A stretch of 45,354 nt of DNA, from positions 1 through 45,354 of the forward strand of contig JAVYWZ010000004.1 of NCBI GenBank assembly GCA_038877255.1. The letters run 5' to 3'. This document shows, piece by piece, positions 1-8,845 of this stretch (position 1 is the first letter of the stretch; every line of letters begins with the position of its first letter). The position numbers and the translations under genes are program-made. The notes under the pieces were generated by a model, which saw only the letters and a list, made by a program, of their open reading frames with translations, was not told where the DNA came from and did not search any database. Source of the DNA: Candidatus Micrarchaeaceae archaeon (GTDB taxonomy: Archaea; Micrarchaeota; Micrarchaeia; Micrarchaeales; CABMGC01).

Positions 1-162
1 TAAGGACTTGTGTAAAATAAAGTGGCATGCCCAATGCAGAGAAGAACAACAGGATACGCAATAAAGGCGAGGCAACAATGCAAAGAAGTATTGCCGCTTA
101 AGTGCAAACTCCAAAGTTGCTGATGCAACAGAAGTCCAGCTCGCAATGGCGTGGTAGTTCAC
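1..162 (+). mobile_element. Non-autonomous tnpB-derived mini-element, copy A (cut by window start)
   Basis: 1-127 matches 9272-9398 with one mismatch. ATG at 27 opens MPNAEKNNRIRNKGEATMQR, matching the tnpB remnant start at 42015. Ends in GAAG...GGTAGTTCAC, an IS200/IS605-type right-end/omegaRNA terminus. Confidence 0.7.
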
Positions 163-281
163 CAAGAATATGGTGAAGAATAATAAATGCTTATCGCACT
201 CTAAACACCCAACAAACGAAACACTTTCATTTAGTATCTTTGCCTTTCAAAAAGTAACATTTATTAATGTTTTTGCTGTTA

Positions 282-400
282 GGCTAATTGTCGATTGTAA
301 GAAGCCGGAGGCTCGGGAGGCGTGCTCGCTCTTGTTAGGCTCCAGCAGGAGATTAAGCCAAATTCCCGACCCGCTACTACGGCAAGGAGCCATCATGCTT
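282..400 (+). ncRNA. tracrRNA: Putative tracrRNA (boundaries approximate)
   Basis: 285-301 TAATTGTCGATTGTAAG is the exact reverse complement of repeat nt 1-17. It is followed by GC-rich stem-loops (AGCC...GGCT enclosing GGGAGGCG/CGCTCTT) and preceded by TATA-like TTTATTAA at ~260-267. Confidence 0.85.
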
Positions 401-424
401 ATTTGTTGAGACAAGGGTGCCTGT

Positions 425-3415
425 TTGGCTGAAGATGTGAACATCCAAAAAATTCCAGAACAACTAACGGAGCGTATAAAGGAGTTCAATTCTGCATTCA
501 AATTAGGCATAGACCTAGGCACCAAAACCGGCGGTGTGGCGCTTGTAAAAGATAATAATGTGCTTTTTGCTAAAACTTTCTTAGACTTCCACAACGAGAC
601 ATTGAAAGAAAGGAGAGAGCGCAGGCGCAACAGGCGTAGCAGATTAGCTAAGAAGAAGAGAATTGCAAGGCTAAGGTCTTGGGTATTGAGGCAGAAAGTA
701 GCTGGCAAACAGCTGCCTGATCCTTACGACCTTAAAATAAAGAATATGGTTCTAAGCAAGTTGCTCAAAGAGAAAGGCATTAGTGGGGAAGATAAAAAGA
801 ATGTAAGTAACTGGAGCGAAGTTGTTATAAAAGGATACGATACGTCTCCAGAAGCTTTCGTTAAAGCACTAACCTTGATATTCAAGAAAAGGGGCCAATT
901 GTACGAAGAAATGGCAGACCATATAAAAGATATGACAGACGAGCAGCTAAAGAGTTATATAGAATCTCTTAAGGTAATCACTAACGAAGCTAAAGACGCG
1001 CTGATTGAGGAAATAAATTTGAGGCAAAGCATTGCTGAAAATGGCAGACTTATAAGAACGTACAGCACGTTACAAGAAAAAATAAAAGAAATAGCGGATG
1101 AGTCAGAGCACAGCAAATCTAAAGCCAAGGACAGAAAACAGCGTGAAGCTGAGATAAAACAGCTTGTTGAGGCGTTCTGCAAAGCAAATAATATAGATGA
1201 CAAAACATGCCAAAAATGGATTTCTGATTTAGCAGGGCTTTTGAATAAACCTGTCAGAAAAGCAAGGTTTCTGAACCGCATAGTAATAAGATGCAATATT
1301 TGCGACAAAATTACGCCAAAGAAGTCACGAAAGGATATTAGACCTCTTCTATATGGCCTTGCAGTAATAAACTTTATAAAAGCGGGCAGGCTTGAACCTA
1401 ATGAAGACCTTAAAAAAGAGTTTAATACATTATACGATGAAGCCGGATATATAAGGCAGAAGATAATTAACAACGAAAAAATGAGTGATGAGGAGAAAAA
1501 GGATAAGAGAGCTATATTAAACCGTCTCAAAAAGTACATAAATAAGGATCTGCGCGAATATGAAAAGAAACGAGCGACCGATAAGCAAAAGGAAATGTTA
1601 GATCAAATTAAATCGCTACTTTTTGATAAGCTAACAGGCAGGTCTAAATATTGCAAGAAGCATTTAGAAGAACAGGCAAACGGCATTGATATAGAGAAAG
1701 GCTATCACGGCCAGTTGCATAAAAGGTATGGCCGGAATTTCGCGCAACAGAACCACGACAAGCGTGTTATAAACCTTATCGAGCAATTGTTTTTTAATGA
1801 AAACGAGACTCTTGCTAATGAGATCAAGAATAATGACATAAGATACATTACCATAGAAGCACCAAAGCCTAATACAAAAAGAACAAAGAAAGGAGAAGTA
1901 ACAAAGAAGGATACGAGAACAATTAAGGAGAAGCTTTTTGAAGAGCAAGTAGGTGAGCAAGGAACCATTTGCATATACACTGGGCAATCGCTTTCCAAAG
2001 ATGAGATTGAAAAGTATGAGAAAGACCACATATTCCCCGAGTCAAGAGGCGGTCCATCCATACGCGATAATCTTGTTCTAACAACTAAGGAAATAAACGT
2101 AGAAAAAGGCGACAGAACCCCTTGGGAATGGCTTCACGAAGATTCCTCGAAATGGGAAGCGTTCAAAAGCAGAGTTGAGATGCTTTATAAAAAAGGCAGG
2201 ATAACAGAAAGGAAAAAAGAGTTGCTTCTAAACAAAAGCAACGAATTTCCTGGCGATAACCCTACTGAACTTGCTAGAGTAAGTGCGCGCATAAACAGTT
2301 TTATTTTGGAAATTAATAAAATGCTCAAAAAGCACGGATTACCAGAAGCACAAACTTTGTTTGAGCGGGGTAAGCCTATTGTGCAAGTTGTAAGAGGTGA
2401 GGAAACACAAAAGCTTCGCAGGCAATGGCACGCGGAAAACGAAGGCTTTATTCCGCTAAAAGATAGAGCTTACTCATTTAACCATGCAGAAGATGCGGCT
2501 ATCGCTGCAAGCATGCCACCAAACTTTTGGAGATTGCAGATTTATAGATATAAATGGTCTTTTCCAGATGGCAAAGAACGCCCTGACTTTGCTTTGCCAG
2601 ACATTGCACCTCACTGGAGCGCGTTTGTAGAATCTAGAAAAGAGCCCATAATATGCGTACTTGGCAAGACAAAGTATTCATGGAAGAGAAGCATAATAAA
2701 TGAAACTATCTACAAACCTTTTAACGAAAGATCGTATTATAAAAGCATAAATAAGAGAGACCTAAAAAGTGCCAGCAAAGCTATAAAGGATGAAGTGCCG
2801 CTTAAAGAGCTCAATGAGCATAAAATGAGTGAAAAATACAACTATTACCACATAACATACAATAACAAGCGTTACTTAATTAAGGCTCCAAAGGGCGGTT
2901 CGAGTATATTGGTAAAGCCGCATGACGGTCCGCAAAAGCTTTTGGAAATATCACCAAAATATGAATTTGTACTTTTGGGCGAATCAGACGGCAAAATCAA
3001 AAAGATATACAAGCCAATATGGCCCATACTTAAGATGTATGAAAGCGGGGTAATAAAAGACATCAAGGACAACGAACTCAAGAAAAACGTAGAACTGTAT
3101 TACGAATTCTTTAAAGACAAGAAAAATGTTTTGTCAAGTTATAAAAAATTATATTTGCACGATATTGTATATCTTGATACTAAAAAGCATAAAGGCTATT
3201 TCATTACTACCAAATTTTCTTCTAAGCAAGGAGTAAAGGCACTTCCAGAGTCAAAGGTAAAAATAATGTATGCCTATAATGGGGGTCAAAGCGAAGGAGA
3301 AGATGTAAAAGGCGAAAAGAAGGAAAGCAACGAAATAACTTTAGGTAATGAGGATTTGGCTTATATAATAAAGCATGGTGTTGTTTACAGATCTGGGTTG
3401 CGTTTACGGATCTAG
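425..3415 (+). CDS. cas9: Compact archaeal Cas9 (ARMAN-1-like, type II-C2/II-D), 996 aa
   Basis: RuvC-I GIDLGTKTGG, Arg-rich bridge helix RRERRRNRRSRLAKKKR, Zn motifs CNIC and CKKH, RuvC-II ITIEAP, HNH EKDHIFP...N, RuvC-III NHAEDAA. Adjacent to tracr and array. TTG start after SD-like AGGGTG. Confidence 0.97.
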   Translation: MAEDVNIQKIPEQLTERIKEFNSAFKLGIDLGTKTGGVALVKDNNVLFAKTFLDFHNETLKERRERRRNRRSRLAKKKRIARLRSWVLRQKVAGKQLPDPYDLKIKNMVLSKLLKEKGISGEDKKNVSNWSEVVIKGYDTSPEAFVKALTLIFKKRGQLYEEMADHIKDMTDEQLKSYIESLKVITNEAKDALIEEINLRQSIAENGRLIRTYSTLQEKIKEIADESEHSKSKAKDRKQREAEIKQLVEAFCKANNIDDKTCQKWISDLAGLLNKPVRKARFLNRIVIRCNICDKITPKKSRKDIRPLLYGLAVINFIKAGRLEPNEDLKKEFNTLYDEAGYIRQKIINNEKMSDEEKKDKRAILNRLKKYINKDLREYEKKRATDKQKEMLDQIKSLLFDKLTGRSKYCKKHLEEQANGIDIEKGYHGQLHKRYGRNFAQQNHDKRVINLIEQLFFNENETLANEIKNNDIRYITIEAPKPNTKRTKKGEVTKKDTRTIKEKLFEEQVGEQGTICIYTGQSLSKDEIEKYEKDHIFPESRGGPSIRDNLVLTTKEINVEKGDRTPWEWLHEDSSKWEAFKSRVEMLYKKGRITERKKELLLNKSNEFPGDNPTELARVSARINSFILEINKMLKKHGLPEAQTLFERGKPIVQVVRGEETQKLRRQWHAENEGFIPLKDRAYSFNHAEDAAIAASMPPNFWRLQIYRYKWSFPDGKERPDFALPDIAPHWSAFVESRKEPIICVLGKTKYSWKRSIINETIYKPFNERSYYKSINKRDLKSASKAIKDEVPLKELNEHKMSEKYNYYHITYNNKRYLIKAPKGGSSILVKPHDGPQKLLEISPKYEFVLLGESDGKIKKIYKPIWPILKMYESGVIKDIKDNELKKNVELYYEFFKDKKNVLSSYKKLYLHDIVYLDTKKHKGYFITTKFSSKQGVKALPESKVKIMYAYNGGQSEGEDVKGEKKESNEITLGNEDLAYIIKHGVVYRSGLRLRI

Positions 3416-3621
3416 TAAAATATAAATTTTAATATTAGTTTGGGCAATAAGCCGTATGCCTTTGTTTTCTCAAAACTTAATTTTTATCCGTCGTATGTGC
3501 GTCATTAAATCTAATTAGCAGAATCTCTCGAGAGCACTTAAGGACGCTGACTTCTCAAATGTCTGCTTGCTTCACCATAAGGCTAATCTTCGTAGGATTC
3601 GCTTTTACGGCCTTCACCCGG

Positions 3622-3642
3622 AGATATATATAAATATCTTCT
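3622..3642 (+). promoter_or_regulatory. Probable CRISPR leader-proximal TATA element
   Basis: AGATATATATAAATAT immediately upstream of the first repeat. Confidence 0.45.
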
Positions 3643-4185
3643 CTTACAATCGACAATTAAATATTTTGTTTGTGTAATACATAAATCCGCTGAAATTGGC
3701 GTTTTATTCTGTATCTTACAATCGACAATTAAATATTTTGTTTGTGTAATATAAAACAATAATTGACGATTTTAGATGTTTTAATCCTTACAATCGACAA
3801 TTAAATATTTTGTTTGTGTAATTTGCCTTTAATCTTGTGTATTAAAGTATATGTTTGTTATCTTACAATCGACAATTAAATATTTTGTTTGTGTAATACA
3901 ACAGAAAAATATTAAGAAACCCATCAATTTTTGACTTACAATCGACAATTAAATATTTTGTTTGTGTAATTCTGAAATATATGAACTATGGATTAACGGG
4001 TGCTATGCTTACAATCGACAATTAAATATTTTGTTTGTGTAATAATAAAAATATTTAAAAAGCCACGCATGGGGTAAGCGCTTACAATCGACAATTAAAT
4101 ATTTTGTTTGTGTAATTTCGGCAGCAGGATATATAATGGAGGTGCAAGACTTACAATCGACAATTAAATATTTTGTTTGTGTAAT
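3643..4185 (+). CRISPR. CRISPR array: 8 identical 36-bp repeats CTTACAATCGACAATTAAATATTTTGTTTGTGTAAT, 7 spacers (36,36,39,37,37,37,33 bp)
   Basis: Repeats start at 3643, 3715, 3787, 3862, 3935, 4008, 4081 and 4150, with TTACA...TGTAA inverted ends. The + orientation is inferred from the + strand anti-repeat pairing with the repeat 5' half. Confidence 0.98.
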
Positions 4186-4194
4186 TTCTATGTA

Positions 4195-4785
4195 TTAAAA
4201 CACATCGTCGCAGAAATTCCTGAATTCGCAGAAGATGCATTTTGCTGTTGATTCCGTAGGCTTAGGTCTTGTACTGCGTAAAATATCTTTTCGCAGATTA
4301 GCTGCAATTTCTATCACTTTTTCTTTATCTTTATCTGTTATGATAATCTTCTCTAATCTTGTAGCGGTATCTGAATATGCATACACAAAGTAACCTGCTA
4401 CTGATTTCACCTTTAAGGAGTCTTCAATAAGCATGGCGTATGCTGTCAGTTGGGTCTTATATTTACTTGGGTCTGCACTATACTTAATTTCTATTGGATA
4501 CGCCTCTCTATCACCAATCAGGGCATAGTCTAGTCTCCCCTGAAGCATTAGGTTATGGCTTCTGAGTTTTAGATTTCTTGCCAAACGGTAGCCATTAGCA
4601 ATCTTATCGCGGAAAATCATTTGCATATTTTCTATAGTTAATGACTCTTCAAAACTCTTTCCAACAAGCATTCCATAAGTTTCGTATCCCGCTCTCGCTA
4701 TTGTGTTGTTGTAGAAAGGTATTCTTGCGCAATAGGCATACTGTTTGATATCGTTTACATTTATCCAGAGTTCGGTATATCTCAT
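4195..4785 (-). CDS. cas4: CRISPR-associated Cas4 exonuclease
   Basis: N-terminal YAYCAR, RecB-like GRLD...PIEIK and QLTAYA, C-terminal CxxC-x5-C (KCIFCEFRNFC). Confidence 0.95.
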   Translation of the reverse strand: MRYTELWINVNDIKQYAYCARIPFYNNTIARAGYETYGMLVGKSFEESLTIENMQMIFRDKIANGYRLARNLKLRSHNLMLQGRLDYALIGDREAYPIEIKYSADPSKYKTQLTAYAMLIEDSLKVKSVAGYFVYAYSDTATRLEKIIITDKDKEKVIEIAANLRKDILRSTRPKPTESTAKCIFCEFRNFCDDVF

Positions 4786-5090
4786 ACTAATTTACTTCTT
4801 GAATACTTGTGGAAACTGTGTAGTTTCTCGCCCATCTTTTCTATAAGTTCAAAGTCGTTTATTTCTCCAATGGCTATTTTTTGGACGAGCACGCTTATTG
4901 GACCGTCGTTCTTTGCAATTTGCTTTAATGCTGTTTTCAGATCCTTTAGTGCCGGCGCCGTCAGCGAACCTGTAAACACGCTATACTGTATGCGCGCAAG
5001 GTCGAAGTTTAGGCATGTATTGATTATCTTCTGCCGCGTATTGTCATTAGTGCAATCATACGAAACTATTACGCCGAACCTGTATGCCAT
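4782..5090 (-). CDS. cas2: CRISPR-associated Cas2 (ATG at 5090; ORF track starts at 5099)
   Basis: IVSYD and RIQYSVF motifs; lies between cas1 and cas4. Confidence 0.95.
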   Translation of the reverse strand: MAYRFGVIVSYDCTNDNTRQKIINTCLNFDLARIQYSVFTGSLTAPALKDLKTALKQIAKNDGPISVLVQKIAIGEINDFELIEKMGEKLHSFHKYSRSKLV

Positions 5091-5092
5091 AA

Positions 5093-6154
5093 TTACCACT
5101 TGAACAAGTACTTTTCATAGTTTCCATTACCCTTGAGCATATTGGCAACCGAGTAGATATTGCTTTGGATTATAGAGCGCATAGTAAGCCTCTTTCCAGA
5201 GTAATATTCTTTCTTTTCAAGCTCTGCTATTATGCCTCTAGACAATAATTTCTTAGAATCGTCGCTTAGCATCCCATCATCTAAGGTTATCTTCTGCCGC
5301 CTATTGATTATTGATAATACCACTTTATCCACAATCCGCGGTTTAAAAGGCTCACTAAGGTCGAGAACTAGAGATGGTTTGCCTGGCCTGTCGGTATGCA
5401 AGAAGCCTGCAAACGGCTCTAACCCAGCATTCAATATGCTCATCCAAGTCAAGGAATAAAGAATTGCATATCCATAATTTATGGAAATATTGACTATGTC
5501 TTCGCTTTCATGGTCGCGTGCTTCAAAGCCGCAGCCAGGCCTCAATACGCTTGCGAAAGCTTTCCAGTATACACGTGCCGCAGTAGCCTCTATGTTAAGC
5601 AGCTGCAGTCTTGCCTGCGCCAGGCTGTGTCCTTCAACATTATTTAGCAAGGGCAGCGTGTGTTGTATGCTGTGAACATATCTCATGATATGTATTGTTC
5701 TTCCAGCTTTTTTGTTCTTTATTGAGTACTTTATTAGTGCCGCTTGGTTGCTTATTTTAGATTCTAGCGCTTTCTTCACAAGGTTTAAGCCAATCTCCTT
5801 GTCTAGAGCAGCAAATTGCGCACGCTTAACTTCTGCGAACGCAGCCAACTGCGGCGATGAAATCATAACATTCGGATAGCTATTGCTCCATATACATATC
5901 TTTATTCCGCGTTTGCATGCCTCTTTTATCAAAGACGTCGATATCGATGCTCCTCTTGATGTTATTATTATTTCGTCCAAATCCGACATTGCATATTGCG
6001 CTATTACTTCCTTTTTCTTCTTTATGATAAGTCTCTCAGACTTTTTGCCTATGAAGTATCCGAAGCCCGATATGATTAGGGTACGTTGGTCTACAACATT
6101 GAACAACTCTCTTAGATTATGCGTCTTTGTGGCTGAAACGCTCACTAGAGTCAC
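5093..6154 (-). CDS. cas1: CRISPR-associated Cas1 integrase (in-frame GTG at 6145 is an alternative start)
   Basis: EATAARVYW, NISINYGYAILY, GFLH and SLVLDLSEPFKP motifs. Confidence 0.97.
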   Translation of the reverse strand: MTLVSVSATKTHNLRELFNVVDQRTLIISGFGYFIGKKSERLIIKKKKEVIAQYAMSDLDEIIITSRGASISTSLIKEACKRGIKICIWSNSYPNVMISSPQLAAFAEVKRAQFAALDKEIGLNLVKKALESKISNQAALIKYSIKNKKAGRTIHIMRYVHSIQHTLPLLNNVEGHSLAQARLQLLNIEATAARVYWKAFASVLRPGCGFEARDHESEDIVNISINYGYAILYSLTWMSILNAGLEPFAGFLHTDRPGKPSLVLDLSEPFKPRIVDKVVLSIINRRQKITLDDGMLSDDSKKLLSRGIIAELEKKEYYSGKRLTMRSIIQSNIYSVANMLKGNGNYEKYLFKW

Positions 6155-6670
6155 CTATTTTCAGAAGACAATTAGCCATATAAAAGTATAGATAGGTGAC
6201 TTTATATTTGGCGCGCATTTCTTTTGTTTCGTTTGTGCTATGTAAGATTGCGTGTGCGTACATTTTGCGCCAATGAACTTGTTGCTTGTTAGTTTTGCCA
6301 CATAGCCTATGCATTTTTGTCTTAGGATAAATGGAGCAAATTACTCTCAGATTGCTGCCTTTAAAAACGATTATTTGGCGGTTCAAAAGCCCAGAGAAAC
6401 ACTAAAATAAGCAAGTGTTTCGTGCCCCTTTTTGCCGTGTTTCTATAGTGTCATACATATAAGCAAAACTTCAACGTATTATCTTATTACATTCGCATAT
6501 GCGGAATGCATAAAAGCTTTTGTATAATATGTTTTTTGTGGAAGGTTGACTATACCAGATGGCCTGGTGTCATTTTGGTTTTGGTTGCCTTCCACATCTT
6601 GTTTTTGCTTGCTTATGAGCTCTAATAGTTAAAGATATAAATAGCCGCATAAAAGTAGATATTGATTCCA

Positions 6671-8179
6671 ATGGCCGATAGCCAGCCAAAGAAAGCAGAC
6701 ACAAGAAATCCTCAGGCAAAAGAAGCATATACCAAGGCAGGCCAGCTGTTCGAAGAGAACAGGTTCGAAGAAGCGATAGACCTTTACAGCCAGGCAATAA
6801 AGCTTGATCCGGTATATTCAAGCGCATATTTCAACAGGGCTCTTTCTTATGCGCTTATAAACCGCTACGACAACGCAAGGCTTGATGCTGAAAAGGTAAT
6901 GGAGCTCGAGCCTGACAGCTTCGACGCCCCTTATGTTCTTGGTTTGGTTAACGAATACGAAGGCAACTTTGAAGACGCCAAAAGCTGGTATGAAAAGGCG
7001 CTCAAGATAAATCCTGATTATCAGCCTGCAAAGACAAGGCTTGAGCAGCTCGCAGGCAGGCTAGGCGTAGAACCTAAGCAGCAACGTGCAAAAGGTGCGC
7101 CTGCTTCTGTCTCAATTTCTTCAAAAGCGGTAAGCGAAGAAGAAGAAAACAAAACTGTGACTGAGGAAGGCCAGATAAAGCGCATACGCTGGTACAAGTC
7201 TAATCTGTCTTTCAAAGACATCATAGGCTTGGAGAAACAGAAAGAGATGATTTATGAAAACATAATACTTGCAATACGCAAGCCAGAGCTGCTTAGAGCA
7301 TACGGCAAGAAGCTTGGATTGGGAGTGCTTTTTTACGGGCCGCCAGGAAACGGCAAGACATACATTGTTAATGCAATAGCAGGAGAGACACAATCCAATG
7401 TCATAGTAGTGCGCATACACGAAATCGTGGACATGTATGCTGGCAATACGGAGAAAAACTTGCACGCGGTATTCGAGCAAGCCAGAGCTCACACGCCGTG
7501 CATACTCTTTTTCGATGAGATAGACGCATTGGGCATGAAGCGAGAAGGCAGCGGCGATCAGATGAGCTATATGCGAATGGCAGTGAATGCGTTCCTAACC
7601 GAAATGGACGGCGTGGAGAAAAACCCAGAAGGCATATTTGTAATAGGTGCAACAAACCAGCCCTGGGACATGGATCCAGCACTGAAGAGGAGCGGCAGGT
7701 TTGGCGAGCGTATTTATTTCCCGCCTCCAAACTACAAAGCGAGGAAAGGGGCTTTCAAGTACAACACGCGCAACATGCCCCTTGGTAGAATCAGCTTTGG
7801 CAGGTTAGCACGCGCCACTATGGGCTATTCGCAGGCAGACATAAGTGATATCTGCGATAAAGCAGCACTAATACCTGCTGTAGAGGAAGACAAAACAGGC
7901 GTGAGGAGAAAAATACAAATGAAAGATTTTTTGAAGATGATAAAATTGCATAGCAGCACGCTTGATGAATGGTATGGCATGATGCGAAAGGAGATAATAA
8001 GTAAGACAGAAACACAGATAGTAGAGGGCAAAAAAACAGAGATAGTGAAAGAGGGAAAGCTAACGCCTGAGGAGAAAGTCCAGTACAAGCTTTTGGTGAA
8101 AGATGTCAAGAAAAATTCAGGCTCATGGCACAAATTCATAGTGAAGTTTTCCAGATTTGTAGCCTTGCACCTATTCTAA
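6671..8179 (+). CDS. TPR-domain AAA+ ATPase (CDC48/Vps4-type AAA module)
   Basis: Three N-terminal TPRs; Walker A GPPGNGKT, Walker B FFDEID, second region of homology ATNQPWDMDPALKRSGRF. Confidence 0.9.
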   Translation: MADSQPKKADTRNPQAKEAYTKAGQLFEENRFEEAIDLYSQAIKLDPVYSSAYFNRALSYALINRYDNARLDAEKVMELEPDSFDAPYVLGLVNEYEGNFEDAKSWYEKALKINPDYQPAKTRLEQLAGRLGVEPKQQRAKGAPASVSISSKAVSEEEENKTVTEEGQIKRIRWYKSNLSFKDIIGLEKQKEMIYENIILAIRKPELLRAYGKKLGLGVLFYGPPGNGKTYIVNAIAGETQSNVIVVRIHEIVDMYAGNTEKNLHAVFEQARAHTPCILFFDEIDALGMKREGSGDQMSYMRMAVNAFLTEMDGVEKNPEGIFVIGATNQPWDMDPALKRSGRFGERIYFPPPNYKARKGAFKYNTRNMPLGRISFGRLARATMGYSQADISDICDKAALIPAVEEDKTGVRRKIQMKDFLKMIKLHSSTLDEWYGMMRKEIISKTETQIVEGKKTEIVKEGKLTPEEKVQYKLLVKDVKKNSGSWHKFIVKFSRFVALHLF

Positions 8180-8188
8180 TTTTTAAAG

Positions 8189-8260
8189 GGCCTTGGCCGG
8201 GGGTCGGACCCGGGCCTGAGGATCCACAGTCCTCCATGCAGCCGTTACACCACCAAGGCC
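8189..8260 (-). tRNA. tRNA-His(GTG) with genome-encoded G-1
   Basis: Cloverleaf with acceptor GCCTTGG/CCAAGGC and anticodon arm GAGGA-CTGTGGA-TCCTC; atypical T-loop TCCGACC. Confidence 0.92.
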
Positions 8261-8404
8261 ATCGCAAGCAGCACTTTTTATAATATTGCTCGTAAAAGAT
8301 TTATAAAAGTGAGCGGGAAAACATATCATTCAGATAGGGGATGAGAGCGAACCGCAGAAATGCATATAAATTTTGAGACGCATAAAACTATAACCATGAT
8401 CGTC

Positions 8405-8782
8405 ATGAAAACTGCATACAAATATAGGGCATATCCTTCAATGGAACAAAAGGCAAAATTAGATAGTCAAATGTTCCTCGCAAAAAATCTCTACAATCTT
8501 CTTCTTGAAAAATCGAAAGCGTATTACAAAGAAACAGGGAAGACGCTCACCAAATGCGGAAACGCGCAGGAAATGCCCCTGAACAAAAGAACATTCATAT
8601 GCGAGAAATGTGGAAATAAGGAAGACAGGGACATAAATGCATCAATGAATATACTCAAACGAGGCATACTCGCAAGAGCTACCGAAGGACATTCGGGAAG
8701 TCAAGCCTGTGGAGACGATGTAAAACCTTCCGTAAGGGAGGCAATTGCCGGTGAAGCAGGAACTATACGGGTGGCATCATGA
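8405..8782 (+). pseudogene. tnpB: IS200/IS605 TnpB with large in-frame internal deletion
   Basis: N-terminal HTH (KTAYKYRAYPS...LYNLLL) joined at ~8551/8552 directly to the C-terminal Zn ribbon and RuvC-III (KCG...FICEKCG...DRDINASMNI). RuvC-I and RuvC-II are missing. Confidence 0.9.
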
Positions 8783-8836
8783 CGATCAATCAAGCCACCC
8801 TGGAAGCCCACGAATTCATTCGTGGGAGGATGTCAC
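8670..8836 (+). ncRNA. TnpB omegaRNA/right-end (reRNA) scaffold
   Basis: Stems GCCTGT...AGCAGG and GGGTGGC...GCCACCC, then terminal hairpin GAAGCCCACGAAT-TC-ATTCGTGGGAGGATGTCAC, overlapping the tnpB 3' end. Confidence 0.75.
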
Positions 8837-8845
8837 TAAACGAAT

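Noticed and set aside
170..409. 79-aa ORF upstream of cas9
   Set aside because: Overlaps the anti-repeat and tracr hairpins and has no recognisable motif; better explained as ncRNA.
247..3081. Minus-strand ORFs inside cas9, and similar shadow ORFs throughout the window
   Set aside because: Antisense to well-supported genes, with no motifs.
3679..4149. Self-targeting spacers
   Set aside because: No match to any spacer was found by eye within the window; spacer 7 only vaguely resembles 44130-44155. A BLASTN search is needed to be sure.
6117..6386. 89-aa ORF upstream of cas1
   Set aside because: No recognisable motif, TTG start, overlaps the cas1 promoter and start.
6671..8179. TPR-AAA ATPase as a CRISPR ancillary gene
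   Set aside because: Divergent and ~500 bp from cas1, looks like a housekeeping CDC48/Vps4-type ATPase; only proximity links it.
8405..8782. Miniature active Cas12f/TnpB nuclease
   Set aside because: RuvC-I and RuvC-II catalytic regions are deleted, so it cannot be an active nuclease.
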